NCBI GenBank assembly: GCA_963804165.1
Contig: CAWDPO010000002.1
Location: 192,001 to 256,000, forward strand
From: an uncultured delta proteobacterium
GTDB taxonomy: Bacteria; Desulfobacterota; Binatia; UBA9968
Direction of reading: 5' to 3'
Length of the DNA: 64,000 nt
Shown one piece after another: positions 18,942 to 29,434 of this stretch (positions are counted from its first letter, which is position 1; the number at the start of each line of letters is the position of its first letter). The notes under the pieces were generated by a model. It ran no database searches. It saw nothing but the letters and a program-made list of their open reading frames with translations, and was not told the DNA's origin. Made by a program: the position numbers and the translations under genes.

Positions 18942-20192
18942 CTAATCTCCGGCGCGCACGAGCGCCAACGGAAATTTGTTGAGACAGCGCGGACCCTTTT
19001 CTTCGATCGCAAAAAAGTCACCGACGAACAGGCCGCGAGTGTGGCTGCGGTCGACGATGTGCATTTGCAAAGTGAACACATGACCCGATTGGTAAACCAA
19101 CCTTCCGTTTTGATCGAAAAGAAAACGGTCCTCGGCGCTCTGCACCCGGTCGAAGCCGATCTGCGGCTCGTGGCGCGGATTGGCGCCGAGCATGCCCTGG
19201 AGAAAGCCGCCGTAAAACTCGCAACCGCTGTCGCGAATGAATTCCATCGCGGCGATCGAATCGTCGCTGCTCTTGCCGGGATAGAGCGTCGGCACCAACC
19301 GGCGATAGCCTTCCAGCGCGATATCGAACATCGCTTGATACTCGGACGTCGGCTCGCCGGTGAGCACCGGCCGGCCGCACTGCGCTTCGTAGCCGTTGTA
19401 AAAAATCCCCAACTCGTTGTTGATGATGTCGCGGTCACCGATGACTCGCTCCACCGGACGGGGCCGCTGATCGTTGATATCGGGATCGAGCATGGAGCAG
19501 GAAGCGATTTGAATCATGCCCATCTCGCCGCCCGCCTTGAGCACTGCTTCGTGGACGATACCGAACACTTCTCCCTCGGTCATGCCGGGCTTCACCCGGT
19601 CCCGCATGGCCTTCAGGCCGATGTCTCCCAGCTCCGCCGAGCGTTCAAGAAATTGAATCTCCTCTGCGCTCTTCAGCAATCGCATAGCGATGAATTCCTT
19701 GGTGACGAAGAGAAATTCCGCCTGGGGCAACTTCGCCGTGAAAAAGTCCCAGTGATTCTTCGGAATCGAAGTGTAGGGATCGTATTCGACGATGCCGACG
19801 CGGCCCCTGTCGTAGCCGCGCTCTTTGATTTCATTGACGATGCCGCCCAGCACGCTCGGCTTGCCGACGATGATGTTTCCCACCGCCGTGCGCGCCAGCA
19901 TCGCTCCGGCGAGCGAGTGGCCCGGCCGGGTAACCACCGCAGGCTCGCCGTCCTTCGGGAAAAAGCAATAATTCGCCATCTCCGCTTTGCCCATCATGTT
20001 GGTGACGTAACGGACGTTGAACCAACCTCGCCCGTAAGCGGCCGAGCCGCCGATGATGAGCAGGCAATCGAGATTCAACCCACGCATCATATTGCGGATG
20101 TTGGCGTAGCGCCGTTCGTACTCCGCCTCGGAAAAGCGCGGGTACGGAAAGCGTTTCTGCATCCGTGCGAGTTCTTCATCCGTGAGCAGCAT
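18942..20192 (-). CDS. M24-fold (creatinase/prolidase-like) protein lacking canonical metal ligands
   Basis: FSEAEYERRY N-terminus, MRLLKSAEEI, KPGMTEGE. Confidence 0.8.
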   Translation of the reverse strand: MLLTDEELARMQKRFPYPRFSEAEYERRYANIRNMMRGLNLDCLLIIGGSAAYGRGWFNVRYVTNMMGKAEMANYCFFPKDGEPAVVTRPGHSLAGAMLARTAVGNIIVGKPSVLGGIVNEIKERGYDRGRVGIVEYDPYTSIPKNHWDFFTAKLPQAEFLFVTKEFIAMRLLKSAEEIQFLERSAELGDIGLKAMRDRVKPGMTEGEVFGIVHEAVLKAGGEMGMIQIASCSMLDPDINDQRPRPVERVIGDRDIINNELGIFYNGYEAQCGRPVLTGEPTSEYQAMFDIALEGYRRLVPTLYPGKSSDDSIAAMEFIRDSGCEFYGGFLQGMLGANPRHEPQIGFDRVQSAEDRFLFDQNGRLVYQSGHVFTLQMHIVDRSHTRGLFVGDFFAIEEKGPRCLNKFPLALVRAGD

Positions 20193-20229
20193 CGTTCCCT
20201 CACCAGTTGAGATGTGACCGACAAAGGTC

Positions 20230-21219
20230 TTACCCGGCGTCGCCGCCCCAGCGTTTACAAAGCGTCAGATCGACCACGTCTTCGATTTTGACCTGGGCGG
20301 CCTTGGGGTTGATTCCCAGCTCCGTCATCAACTTCATGATCGAGCGTACGCCGGGAACCGTGGGACAAATGCTGCGCGGCAAGTCTTCCACCAAGTCGGC
20401 GTAGACGCTATCGCCTCTTTCCCGGTCGGAGATTTTGAGATTTTTCATGATCGACTGCAGGACCACGTTCTTGTTTGCCGGAGCCGCGATGAAACGAATC
20501 GCGTCCACCGTGGCCCGGCCCACTCGATCGATCATCACCGGCTCGCTGCGCAACGTCCTGCGCAACACCGTCAAACCGCTCGCCTGAAACGGAATGTTCA
20601 GTTTCGCCATGTCGACCAGTACGGGATACCCTTCCGCGATGGCGGCTTGGGAAATTTCCGGCGCAATCACCGTCGCCTGGGTGGTGCCCGCTTTCACTGC
20701 CGCCAACCGCGCAGGCTCCGGTCCCGTAGCCAAGAGCGTGATATTGTCGCGGCGCGGATTGAGGCCCAAATGCTCCAACGACATGATCGCCGCTAGAGTC
20801 GCCAGCCCCGCCATGCTGGCGCCGATGCCCACTTTCTTGCCTTTCAAGTCTTCCGCACGCTTTATGCTCGGATGAGCGATCAATTGATAACGGACCCTGT
20901 TTTGATTGCCCATGATCATCACCATGTCGCCGCCGGCCGCCGCCGCGTTGACGATATGGGTCGGTCCGATCAGCCCGACCTGCACTTCTCCGGCGAGCAT
21001 GGCCTGCGCCGCTTGGGTGGCGATGATGAAAACCGGCTGCACTTCCACGTTGTGTTTGCGAAAGAAGCCTTGTTCTTTGGCGATCCACGTCGACGTCATG
21101 TAAGCGTTGATCGCGCCGTAGGCGAACAAAGCTTTGGAAACCGATTCAGCGGCGCGGGCCGAGGGTACTCCTGTAAGCATAGCCAGAATCATCACACTTG
21201 AGATGGCTTTAAGCGTCAT
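20230..21219 (-). CDS. NMT1/THI5-like substrate-binding protein
   Basis: Signal peptide; WIAKEQGFFRKHNVEV; AEDLKGKKVG. Confidence 0.87.
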   Translation of the reverse strand: MTLKAISSVMILAMLTGVPSARAAESVSKALFAYGAINAYMTSTWIAKEQGFFRKHNVEVQPVFIIATQAAQAMLAGEVQVGLIGPTHIVNAAAAGGDMVMIMGNQNRVRYQLIAHPSIKRAEDLKGKKVGIGASMAGLATLAAIMSLEHLGLNPRRDNITLLATGPEPARLAAVKAGTTQATVIAPEISQAAIAEGYPVLVDMAKLNIPFQASGLTVLRRTLRSEPVMIDRVGRATVDAIRFIAAPANKNVVLQSIMKNLKISDRERGDSVYADLVEDLPRSICPTVPGVRSIMKLMTELGINPKAAQVKIEDVVDLTLCKRWGGDAG

Positions 21220-21237
21220 TCCGTGACTCCTCCGTCG

Positions 21238-21314
21238 GTTCAAAGTTCAACGTTCCAGGTTCAAGGTAAGAATCAGAAGACCGACGTTGAACGTTTGAAC
21301 CTTGAACTTTGAAC
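21238..21314. repeat. Inverted GTTCAA/TTGAAC heptamer array
   Basis: gttcaaa-gttcaac-gttccag-gttcaag ... ttgaacg-ttgaacc-ttgaact-ttgaacg. Confidence 0.7.
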
Positions 21315-21321
21315 GAAATGT

Positions 21322-22437
21322 TCAGCCGATATCATATAGTCGCGCACAATTATCCCACAGAATCTTGCGCCGATTGGTCTCGCTGAGGCCGTTAATTTCG
21401 AGAAATTCGTCGATGGCGCGGGGAAAGTGCGCGTCGATGTGCGGATAATCCGTCGACACGACGAGATTATCGTCGCCGAGACGCTTCACCACGTCGGTGA
21501 CCAGATATTCGTCAGGGTCCACCGAAATAAAGCACTGCTGGAGAAAATAGTCACTCGGCTTGCGTGACAGCGGCACATCGGCCAATGGGCCGTGCAGCTC
21601 GGCCCGCTCGTCGAGCCGATAGAGGAGCCAGGGCAGCCAGGCGCAGTTGCCTTCGAGAAACGCGACGCGCAGCTTGGGAAATTTTTCCAAAACGCCGCCG
21701 GCGCAAAAGCTCGACACCGCCTGAATCAGTTCCATGGGATTGCGCAACGCCAGGGCGACGATGTTGGCGTTGGGATGGCCGAAAAATTTGTTCGCCACCT
21801 GGTCCTGCTTGGGCCGCGCCGGTGGATGAAAACACAGGGCGACGCCAAGCTTTTCGATTTCCGTCCACAGCGGATCGAAGTAGCGGTCGTGAATGCGCCT
21901 GCCGTTAATCGGTTCCGGGCAGAGCGACAATGCGCGAATGCCGAGTTCGGTCGCGACGCGACGCACCTCATCGACCGCAAGGTCGATGTCGTGCAACGTA
22001 ATCAGCGCCGATGCCTTGAGTCGCTTCGGATTCTCTTTGCAGAAATCCGCGATCCAGTCGTTCCACGCTTTGCAGAGATCGTTGGCGTACTCCGCCTCGA
22101 GGGTTTCGTCGCAGTGGAGCGGCGAGGTGCGAAACAAAACCGCCACGTCCAAGCCTTCCCGGTCCATGGCCTCCACCTGAGAAACTGCGTCGTAATCGCG
22201 CGCAACTGCGAAGTCGTAGCGATCCGCCACCTGTTTCTGGCCGTGATCGATGACGTCCGTGATTCCGCGCAGCGTCTCTCTGCCGCCGCCGATGGAGAAC
22301 TCCACCCGGCCGTGCTTGCCGTTTCGTTGGCCCCGCGGGATCCGCTCGCCCCACTTGGGATTCATGTACTTCTCGTAGAGATCAGCCGCGTCGTAGACGT
22401 GCATATCGCTATCGAAAGCACGAAAACCATTCTTCAT
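21322..22437 (-). CDS. Amidohydrolase_2 family protein (decarboxylase/hydratase-like)
   Basis: DSDMHV, CFHP, AFLEGNCAWLP, STDYPH. Confidence 0.9.
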   Translation of the reverse strand: MKNGFRAFDSDMHVYDAADLYEKYMNPKWGERIPRGQRNGKHGRVEFSIGGGRETLRGITDVIDHGQKQVADRYDFAVARDYDAVSQVEAMDREGLDVAVLFRTSPLHCDETLEAEYANDLCKAWNDWIADFCKENPKRLKASALITLHDIDLAVDEVRRVATELGIRALSLCPEPINGRRIHDRYFDPLWTEIEKLGVALCFHPPARPKQDQVANKFFGHPNANIVALALRNPMELIQAVSSFCAGGVLEKFPKLRVAFLEGNCAWLPWLLYRLDERAELHGPLADVPLSRKPSDYFLQQCFISVDPDEYLVTDVVKRLGDDNLVVSTDYPHIDAHFPRAIDEFLEINGLSETNRRKILWDNCARLYDIG

Positions 22438-22505
22438 AGACTCCTCCGGAAAACCTCGCGCGTATCAATTCCTATTTGCCGCGAGCTGTCACCTTAGCGC
22501 CGAAT

Positions 22506-22574
22506 TGGAGTAATGGAGTGTTGGAGTACTGCGCTTTCCGAAGCCCCATCACTCCATTACTCCAGCACTCCAAT
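22506..22574. repeat. Inverted octamer array (TGGAGTAN / NTACTCCA)
   Basis: ttggagtaatggagtgttggagtactg ... ccatcactccattactccagcactccaa. Confidence 0.65.
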
Positions 22575-22575
22575 T

Positions 22576-23529
22576 CTATCTCCTTATCCCCAGCTCCTTC
22601 TGGACTTCCTTTATGATGTTGAAGTCGGCAACTTCCGAATTCGCCACCGGCCGTTCGATCTTCATCGCTTCCCGGCCCTGATCGACGACCAGCTTTAAAC
22701 CGCTTTCCGAGATGCCGCCGTCTTCGCTGAAGATTTTCCACGTCGAATCGTACGTCGCCGCTGCGCTCTCACGGTCAACCTTGACCCAATCCATCAGGGT
22801 TTGAATCGTCCCTTCGCGATTGGACCGCACGAAGCGATTGGCCCGTAGCATAGCTTTGACCATGCGTTTCACTTCATCCGGCTTTTCCTTGAGTTTTTTT
22901 AGGTTAGTACCGACTCCGGTAAAAGGCATTTTGAAATGTTCATGGAACCGCGACAGCACGCGATAGCCGCTACGAAGCGCATCGCTGTCCGTCGGCGGCG
23001 ATAGTACAGCAACATCGACGATGCCTTCCTTCAACGCCGCATAGCGCCCTCGCTCGGCGCCCAGCTGAACAATTTTTAGTTCTTTTTCCGGATCGACTCC
23101 GCCTTGTTTCATCATCATGCGCGCCGCGACGTCGGAAGTCGCACCATAATTGCTCACTGCAAGCGTTTTGCCTTTCAAATCGCGAATTGTTTTGTACTCC
23201 GGCCGGGCAATGAGAAGATGCGTCGAGCTGTCCATAAAGCTGGCCACCACTTTCATCGGCAGTCCGCGCAAAGCGCCACGCACCACCGAGGCGAACACCA
23301 TCGTGTAGTCGATGTCACCGGTGCTGAGCGCCGTAACCGACACGTTGGCGTTCATGCGGATCAACTCAACCTCCAAACCTTCGTCGCGAAACATACCGCG
23401 CTTGACCGCCAGACCGCTGGTCAGAAACGACACGTCGATCGCCGATATCGACATCCGAACCTTGTCGGCAGCCTCGGCCGTGCTCGTCGCAATGACTAAC
23501 GCTAGACATAAAATCGCTAAATGTTTCAT
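22576..23529 (-). CDS. NMT1/THI5-like substrate-binding protein
   Basis: MKHL signal peptide; FRDEGLEVE; IRDLKGKTLAV. Confidence 0.88.
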   Translation of the reverse strand: MKHLAILCLALVIATSTAEAADKVRMSISAIDVSFLTSGLAVKRGMFRDEGLEVELIRMNANVSVTALSTGDIDYTMVFASVVRGALRGLPMKVVASFMDSSTHLLIARPEYKTIRDLKGKTLAVSNYGATSDVAARMMMKQGGVDPEKELKIVQLGAERGRYAALKEGIVDVAVLSPPTDSDALRSGYRVLSRFHEHFKMPFTGVGTNLKKLKEKPDEVKRMVKAMLRANRFVRSNREGTIQTLMDWVKVDRESAAATYDSTWKIFSEDGGISESGLKLVVDQGREAMKIERPVANSEVADFNIIKEVQKELGIRR

Positions 23530-23589
23530 CAAAACCCCTTTCCTCTCACACCTCACCCACCACCCTTCATGCCTCACGTGCTCGTCCCT

Positions 23590-25179
23590 TCATGCCTTCA
23601 CCCGGCGCCCTTTCGCCTTATCGCCGGTGACGAAATGTTCTCCGCGCACCGCCAGCGCCGCTTCTTCCTCATCTTCCGGTGTCCACGCGCCCAGGCTGTA
23701 GCCGTGCCACGGTTTTTTCGGCGTCAGCTCCGGCAGACCTAACTCCTCCCAAATCTCCTTGGCATTTTCCATGAACTCTTTGCGCGGTAGAGACACGGGC
23801 GGGTAAGGCCAAGGCCGGGTTGCGTTGATCAATAGCGCCGAAGTCGACGACACACGGCTGACATGAGTCGGCACGCCCGGCGGATAGGCGGACGGATCGA
23901 GGCCTGGGGATTTCCCATGCGCGATGGCAACGTCCTTTTCCGGCCGCACGTTATAACAAATCGCCCAGTTGATCATCGCCGGATCCCAAATATCGACGTC
24001 GTCATCCACGGCCACGCAGATCTTGGCGTAGCTGCCGACAAAACCCGCGCTGGCATTGAGCGCGCGCCACGCGTCCGCGTCGGTGGGATTTTTCATCTTG
24101 ATCACGCAATACGCCTGGCCGCTGCCGCTCACCTCGTCGTGAATCGCCACGTCGGTCACCGCCGAGTTGCCGCTGTCGACGCGAAGAAACTTGTAGATCA
24201 CCTTTTCCGTGCCGGTGTGCTTGATCTTGCTCGACTCGCTCGGCGGAAACTGGCTCATCAGCGCCGTGTAGATTGCATCGCGCCGGTGCGTGATGCAAGT
24301 AACGTCCATAAACGGCGCAACACCGCGTTGCCCCATGTAGCCCGGGTATTCTCCGAACGGTCCTTCGGGCTCGATCCACTCCGTCGAAATCTTTCCCTCG
24401 ATGATGATCTCCGCCGTCGCCGGAACCAGCAAATCGACCGTCTTGCATTGAATCACGGGGATCGGCTCGCCGGCGAGTCCGCCCGCCAGCCGATACTCGT
24501 CGAAATCGTACGGTAACTTGGCTGTAGCGGCGTAAGCGATCGCCGGCACCACGCCGATGACAATGGCCGCTTCGAGCGGAATGCCTTTGGCCTTGCATTT
24601 CTGCCAGTGCGTTCCCATGTGCTGACCGAGAAACAGTCCGCCGTTTCGGTTCGGCGCTTTGATCTGACTCCGGTAGTTGCCGATGTTGTAGGTACCGGAT
24701 TCCGGATCTTTGGTGACCCAGTTGGCCGACGTGAGATACGGCGCGTTGTCGAAGCCCGGCGTCGATATCGGCACCGGCAACATGTCGAGCCCGTGGCCGT
24801 TCAAGAGATCATCGCCCTGCCAAATCACTTCTTGTGCCGGACCGGCGCCGACCTTTGCGGGCTCCAGTGGACGCATTTGCGCGTTGGTCCAGCGTTCGTG
24901 GATCTGCTCCGCTTCGCATTTTAGACCGAGAGCATAAATTTCCGTCGAGGCCGCCAGCGTGCCCACGGTCACGGGCATCGTGTACCTTTTCCCCTTCACG
25001 TCGATCACATTCTCAAACAGAAATGCCTTGCGCTTTTTCTCCTCCAGACCGCGGAACTGCCAACGCACCAGCGGCATCAGCTGCGTGTCTTTGTTGATTT
25101 GCTTCTTGATACGAAAGAGTTTATCCCGCTCTTCGAGCGCCTTTAGGTGCTCGCGCACGTCTTTGTAGTAACTCGTCAT
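23590..25179 (-). CDS. UbiD family prFMN-dependent decarboxylase
   Basis: GNYRSQ, EGPFGEYPGY, VDDDVD motifs. Confidence 0.9.
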   Translation of the reverse strand: MTSYYKDVREHLKALEERDKLFRIKKQINKDTQLMPLVRWQFRGLEEKKRKAFLFENVIDVKGKRYTMPVTVGTLAASTEIYALGLKCEAEQIHERWTNAQMRPLEPAKVGAGPAQEVIWQGDDLLNGHGLDMLPVPISTPGFDNAPYLTSANWVTKDPESGTYNIGNYRSQIKAPNRNGGLFLGQHMGTHWQKCKAKGIPLEAAIVIGVVPAIAYAATAKLPYDFDEYRLAGGLAGEPIPVIQCKTVDLLVPATAEIIIEGKISTEWIEPEGPFGEYPGYMGQRGVAPFMDVTCITHRRDAIYTALMSQFPPSESSKIKHTGTEKVIYKFLRVDSGNSAVTDVAIHDEVSGSGQAYCVIKMKNPTDADAWRALNASAGFVGSYAKICVAVDDDVDIWDPAMINWAICYNVRPEKDVAIAHGKSPGLDPSAYPPGVPTHVSRVSSTSALLINATRPWPYPPVSLPRKEFMENAKEIWEELGLPELTPKKPWHGYSLGAWTPEDEEEAALAVRGEHFVTGDKAKGRRVKA

Positions 25180-25208
25180 GACGATCTCCCTTTGAATTGA
25201 ACGGGATA

Positions 25209-25414
25209 CTAGTGTCCTGTCTCAGAAGTTCGCGACATAAATCTCGCGTCATTCCGTCGGAAAATCTCCCCTTCCCCTCTTTGGCAAAGAGGGGTGAGAA
25301 TCGCACGGAGAAAATTCCCCCTTTGAAAAAGGGGGACAAAGGGGGATTTGAGTTCAACTTCAGTGGCTGCCATCGTTTGGACTTTTTAAACGAACTTCTG
25401 AGACGCCACACTAG
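25209..25414. mobile_element. MITE, 206 bp, CTAG-bounded, 24-bp imperfect terminal inverted repeats
   Basis: CTAGTGTCCTGTCTCAGAAGTTCG ... CGAACTTCTGAGACGCCACACTAG (21/24 match); near-identical copy at 31554-31756. Confidence 0.85.
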
Positions 25415-25690
25415 CCCAAAGACTCAGAAGTGAAAAGAATCACGGGAAGATCAACGAATCGAGATTCGTCTTTTGAGTCCAGTAAACCTTTTGAATATCG
25501 GCATAATTAGGGATTGGCTCGTACACCACTGTCATTTTCAACCGAAGGGAGATCTTTCCCAGTTCGTTCGTAATGACAAGCATATGAGGTAAAGAACGGT
25601 AGGAGCCGCGGCAACCTAACGCGCTCTGACGTCGACAATTTTCTTCTTGAACTGTTTGAACGTTTTGAACGACTTGAACTCCTCAATCTT

Positions 25691-26652
25691 CTAAAGATCA
25701 ACGTATTCGGCGCGAATAGCTCTTCCAGCGGCATCTTCCTATCCGCAAGTCCCTGCTCATAGAGATAGCCCGCCAGCGTTTCCACCACGTGGCGATTCTT
25801 TTCCAGACCATACGGCCACGGATCGTCGCCGAGGATTTGTTGCTGTTCCTCCACCGGCCCGCGGAACCACGCCAGACTGATCTTATACGGCGACAAATCC
25901 TTCAGCCTCGCGTAGGCGTCTTCCTTGGCGCGCTGGAATGCCTTGAACATGCTGCGCGCGATCCAGGGATGCTCTTCCCACACATCTTGCCGCAGCGCGA
26001 CCGAGTGCATGATCGGGAAGATGCCGGTCTTCTTGTAATAATCCGCTTCGACTTTCGGCGCGTCCTGGAACAAACGGCGTATATGTGGCGGCGGATCGAA
26101 CAGTGACGGAAACAGACTGGGAACCATGATCGCGTCCAGCTCGCCGTCAAAAAACATCTGATCGGGCTTTCGATCCGGCGTGATTTGCTTGACCGTGTAG
26201 CGTTTTGGTAGCTCCATGGCCATCCGCGGGTGCGGCGTCCAAAGATGCCACTCGATATCCTCCAGCTTCACGCCGTATTCGTGCTGCAGCATGCCGCGCA
26301 TCCACACCGTCGCCGTTTGTTGAAACTCGCCCAAACCGACGCGCTTCCCCATCAGGTCTTTAGGCTCGCGGATACCGCTCTTGGTGTTGATGAAAATGTA
26401 GGAATGGCGAAAAGCCCGCGCGGGAAAGACCGGAATCGCCGTGAGCGGCTTGCCCATATTCTTTGACGTAATGTACGACGATAGGGAAATCTCCGATGCA
26501 TCGAAATCGTAGTAGTTCAGCATCCGCGTCCAGATTTCCAGATGCGGCAGCACGAGCCAGTTGAGCTCGATGCCCTCCGGCTTGATGGAGCCATCGATCA
26601 GGGGATGCGTTCGATCATAGTCGCCGCAGGCGATGGTGAGTTGAAGTGACAT
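25691..26652 (-). CDS. 4,5-dihydroxyphthalate decarboxylase (OphC/Pht5)-like SBP-fold protein
   Basis: LTIACGDYDRT, FDASEISLSSY, IPVFP.RAFRH, IFPIMH, DPWPYG; true stop probably TAG 25691 (one-base loss extends the ORF to 25507). Confidence 0.8.
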
Positions 26653-26804
26653 TGGTGTCTCCTACTCTCAGCTACTTTCTTGACCTAAGTCCCTCTCCTA
26701 ATCCGTCATTCCCGTGAAAACGGGAATCTAGCGCTATTCCGAACCTGGACTCCCGCCTCCGCGGGAGTGACGATCGTTAGAGCGGCACGCGGCCAATGAA
26801 ATAC

Positions 26805-28208
26805 CTAGGACAGTTGCTCTCCCCACTTTCCCAGAATCCTCTCGCGCAGTTCTTTGCTCGAACGCGACACCTGCGGGAAGGTATCCTTCCACTCGTAGGG
26901 CCGAGTGGCGTCGATGATAGCTCGCGAGTTGAAACCCTTTTTGTCTTTATGAATGATCGGATCCAACGGTCCGCTCCAACAGCGGCGCAGGATCTCGATA
27001 TCGACCGAAGGATCGGAGCGTGTGCACACCGCCCACAAAACTTCGTTCAAGTTGGTCGGATCGATATCATCGTCGACCACGATCGTATAACGGCCCAAAT
27101 AAGCGGCCGCGTGACATTCCGTCGCGACCAATCCGGCTTGGCGCGCGTGTCCCGGATAGCGCTGTTTAATCGCCACGACCAAAAACAAATACGCCGCGCC
27201 CGCCGCCTCGTGATACCACACGCCGCGCACGTCCGGTACGCCGGCACCATCCAAATCGTCCCACACCAGCGCAGCCTTGAGCGGCGCCCGCCACTTGCGC
27301 GTGTAGCCGAGCAGGATCGGATCATTGCGATGCATGACATTGTGAATTTTTACAATCGGTTCCGGCCGTGACGAGCTGCCGTAATATCCCGTCCATTCGC
27401 CGAATGGCCCTTCGATTTTTTCGGGCCCCGGCACGCACTCGCCTTCCAAGACGATTTCCGCGGTCGCGGGAATCGGCAGTCCGGTGAATTCGCCGCGAAT
27501 CACATCCACCGGCTCGCCCTGAATGCCGCCGATGAAATCGTACTCGCAAACTCCGTAAGGAACCTCGAGCGCGCCAGCGAGAAAGATCAACGGATCGTGC
27601 CCGACGGAGATCGCGACCTTGAACGGCTCCCCACGGGCAAACGCTTTGTCGCGATGGATCCGGCCGTGACGTCCCGGCGCAATATAAAATCCCACGGTAT
27701 TTTCGTCGTGAATCATGACACGTGCCGTACCCAGGTTGGTCCAGCCTTCTTCGGGATCGTGCGTAATATTCACACTGCCGGTGCCGATATATCTGCCGCC
27801 GTCGAGCTCGAACCAGCGTGGTGTCGGGAACCCCAGGATGTTCACATCTTTACCGCGCTGAATATTCTCCAGCACCGGCCCGTCGCGCACCACGCGAGGC
27901 GGGATATGCTTCAAATCCTTCGATCGCCGGCGCCACTCGGAGACGAATTCCATGGAGCTGAGGTTTTGCGCCATCCCGAGACTCAAGCCGAGCCGCCTAG
28001 TCGAGCCCAGCGAGTTGACCAGAACGCGATAACCCTTGGGATAGCCTTTCACGGAGTCGAACAGCACCGCCGGGGAGCTGCCGCGTTCGTTGACGATATC
28101 CGCAACCCCGCCGATTTCTAAGTCCCAATCCGCCCCTTCTATGGTTCTGATCTCGCCCAATGCGTCGGCTTGTTCAAGCCAGCTTCTCATACCGTCTGGT
28201 TGTTTCAT
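26805..28208 (-). CDS. UbiD family decarboxylase (second)
   Basis: DWDLEIG, DGGRYIGT, EGPFGEWTGYY, VDDDIDP. Confidence 0.9.
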   Translation of the reverse strand: MKQPDGMRSWLEQADALGEIRTIEGADWDLEIGGVADIVNERGSSPAVLFDSVKGYPKGYRVLVNSLGSTRRLGLSLGMAQNLSSMEFVSEWRRRSKDLKHIPPRVVRDGPVLENIQRGKDVNILGFPTPRWFELDGGRYIGTGSVNITHDPEEGWTNLGTARVMIHDENTVGFYIAPGRHGRIHRDKAFARGEPFKVAISVGHDPLIFLAGALEVPYGVCEYDFIGGIQGEPVDVIRGEFTGLPIPATAEIVLEGECVPGPEKIEGPFGEWTGYYGSSSRPEPIVKIHNVMHRNDPILLGYTRKWRAPLKAALVWDDLDGAGVPDVRGVWYHEAAGAAYLFLVVAIKQRYPGHARQAGLVATECHAAAYLGRYTIVVDDDIDPTNLNEVLWAVCTRSDPSVDIEILRRCWSGPLDPIIHKDKKGFNSRAIIDATRPYEWKDTFPQVSRSSKELRERILGKWGEQLS

Positions 28209-28226
28209 GCTTTCACCCTGTGAACC

Positions 28227-28322
28227 CGTTCAATGTTCCATGTTCAAGGTTCAACGTCGAAATACGAAGCACATTCGGCATTGCCGAAAGAACATTGAAC
28301 ATTGAACCTTGAACTTTGAACG
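28227..28322. repeat. Inverted GTTCAA/TTGAAC heptamer array
   Basis: gttcaat-gttccat-gttcaag-gttcaac ... ttgaaca-ttgaacc-ttgaact-ttgaac. Confidence 0.7.
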
Positions 28323-28328
28323 ATCTAT

Positions 28329-29279
28329 TCAGAATCCCTTCTGCACTTCGTGCAGCAGCCGCAAGTCGAGCACCCGGGAAAGCGGCGTTTCTTCCTTGAG
28401 CGCCAGGCGCTCGGTTTCGCGCTTCAGCGCATCGCGAATACCTTTTTCATCCATGCCGCCCTCCTTGGAAAAAGCGGGGAGCATCGACTTGTAAAGCTCA
28501 TCGGCCAACGCCGTATCCACGCCCCACTCCTTGGCGATGAATTGCATCGACTCAGCGGGCCGTTGCTGAATAAACCGCAGGCTCTTGATGGTCGCGGTTA
28601 GAATTCGTTTTACCAGATCGGGCCGTTCGCGAATCATCTTGTCCGAAGTGCCGACTCCGGAAAGCGATTGCTCCACGTAATCACCAAAATACGACAAGGT
28701 GCGATAGCCCATTTGTTTTGCCATGGCGTTAAACGGCGGTGACAAGACTCCAGCGTCGACGGTGCCGGCTTTCATCGCCGTGAGAATATTTGCCGTCGTA
28801 CCGGTCCCGAGCAACGCTACATCGCGATCCGGCGTCAGACCATTTTTGCTCAGGAGAAAACGCGCGAGAGTGTCCGTGGAAGAACCGATCGCGGTGATCC
28901 CGATAACTTTCTTTTTCAGCTCGGCCATCGACTTGATCTCGGGTTTCGCCATCAGCCAGAAAGAAGGCTTGATCGTGAGAAATCCGACGACTTTCACCGC
29001 CAACCCACGCGCCGCACCGGCCATCACCTGGGATTGCGCGCCGGAAAAATCGATGTCGCCGGTGGTCAGCGCGGCGACTTGGATCGTTGACGCGACCAGC
29101 ACCATCTGCAGATCGATGCCCTCGGCCTGAAAGATTCCTTTGTCGCGTCCCATCGTGATCGGTAAATAATTCAAGCTTTTCGCGGGATAGGCAAAGCGGA
29201 CTCGATCGGCGGCGAGACTTTGCGACGGATTATTGATCAATGCAAGCAGCAGACTAAAAGCTACAACAAGAATTTTCAC
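28329..29279 (-). CDS. NMT1/THI5-like substrate-binding protein
   Basis: Signal peptide; FQAEGID; IKSMAELK; NGLTPDRD. Confidence 0.88.
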   Translation of the reverse strand: MKILVVAFSLLLALINNPSQSLAADRVRFAYPAKSLNYLPITMGRDKGIFQAEGIDLQMVLVASTIQVAALTTGDIDFSGAQSQVMAGAARGLAVKVVGFLTIKPSFWLMAKPEIKSMAELKKKVIGITAIGSSTDTLARFLLSKNGLTPDRDVALLGTGTTANILTAMKAGTVDAGVLSPPFNAMAKQMGYRTLSYFGDYVEQSLSGVGTSDKMIRERPDLVKRILTATIKSLRFIQQRPAESMQFIAKEWGVDTALADELYKSMLPAFSKEGGMDEKGIRDALKRETERLALKEETPLSRVLDLRLLHEVQKGF

Positions 29280-29289
29280 CGTGAAACCT

Positions 29290-29420
29290 CATTGCCCCTC
29301 CCCGCTCCGAAACCCCTCTTTAGCAAAGAGGGGCAAGGGGAGATTTTCTTCCAGCAGGTCGTTCGCCAACGAATAAAATCCCCCTCTGTCCCCCTTTGAA
29401 AAAAGGGGGATATTGGATCT
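29290..29420. repeat. CCCCTCTTT..AAAGAGGGG / CCCCCTTT..AAAGGGGG hairpin repeats (MITE-interior family)
   Basis: Same palindromes as the MITE interior; further copies at about 35675-35910. Confidence 0.65.
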
Positions 29421-29434
29421 CGAACGGCGCGTGG

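Noticed and set aside
25121-25433. ORFs over the MITE copies (also 31317-31844 and 15736-16021)
   Set aside because: Translations of non-coding palindromic repeats
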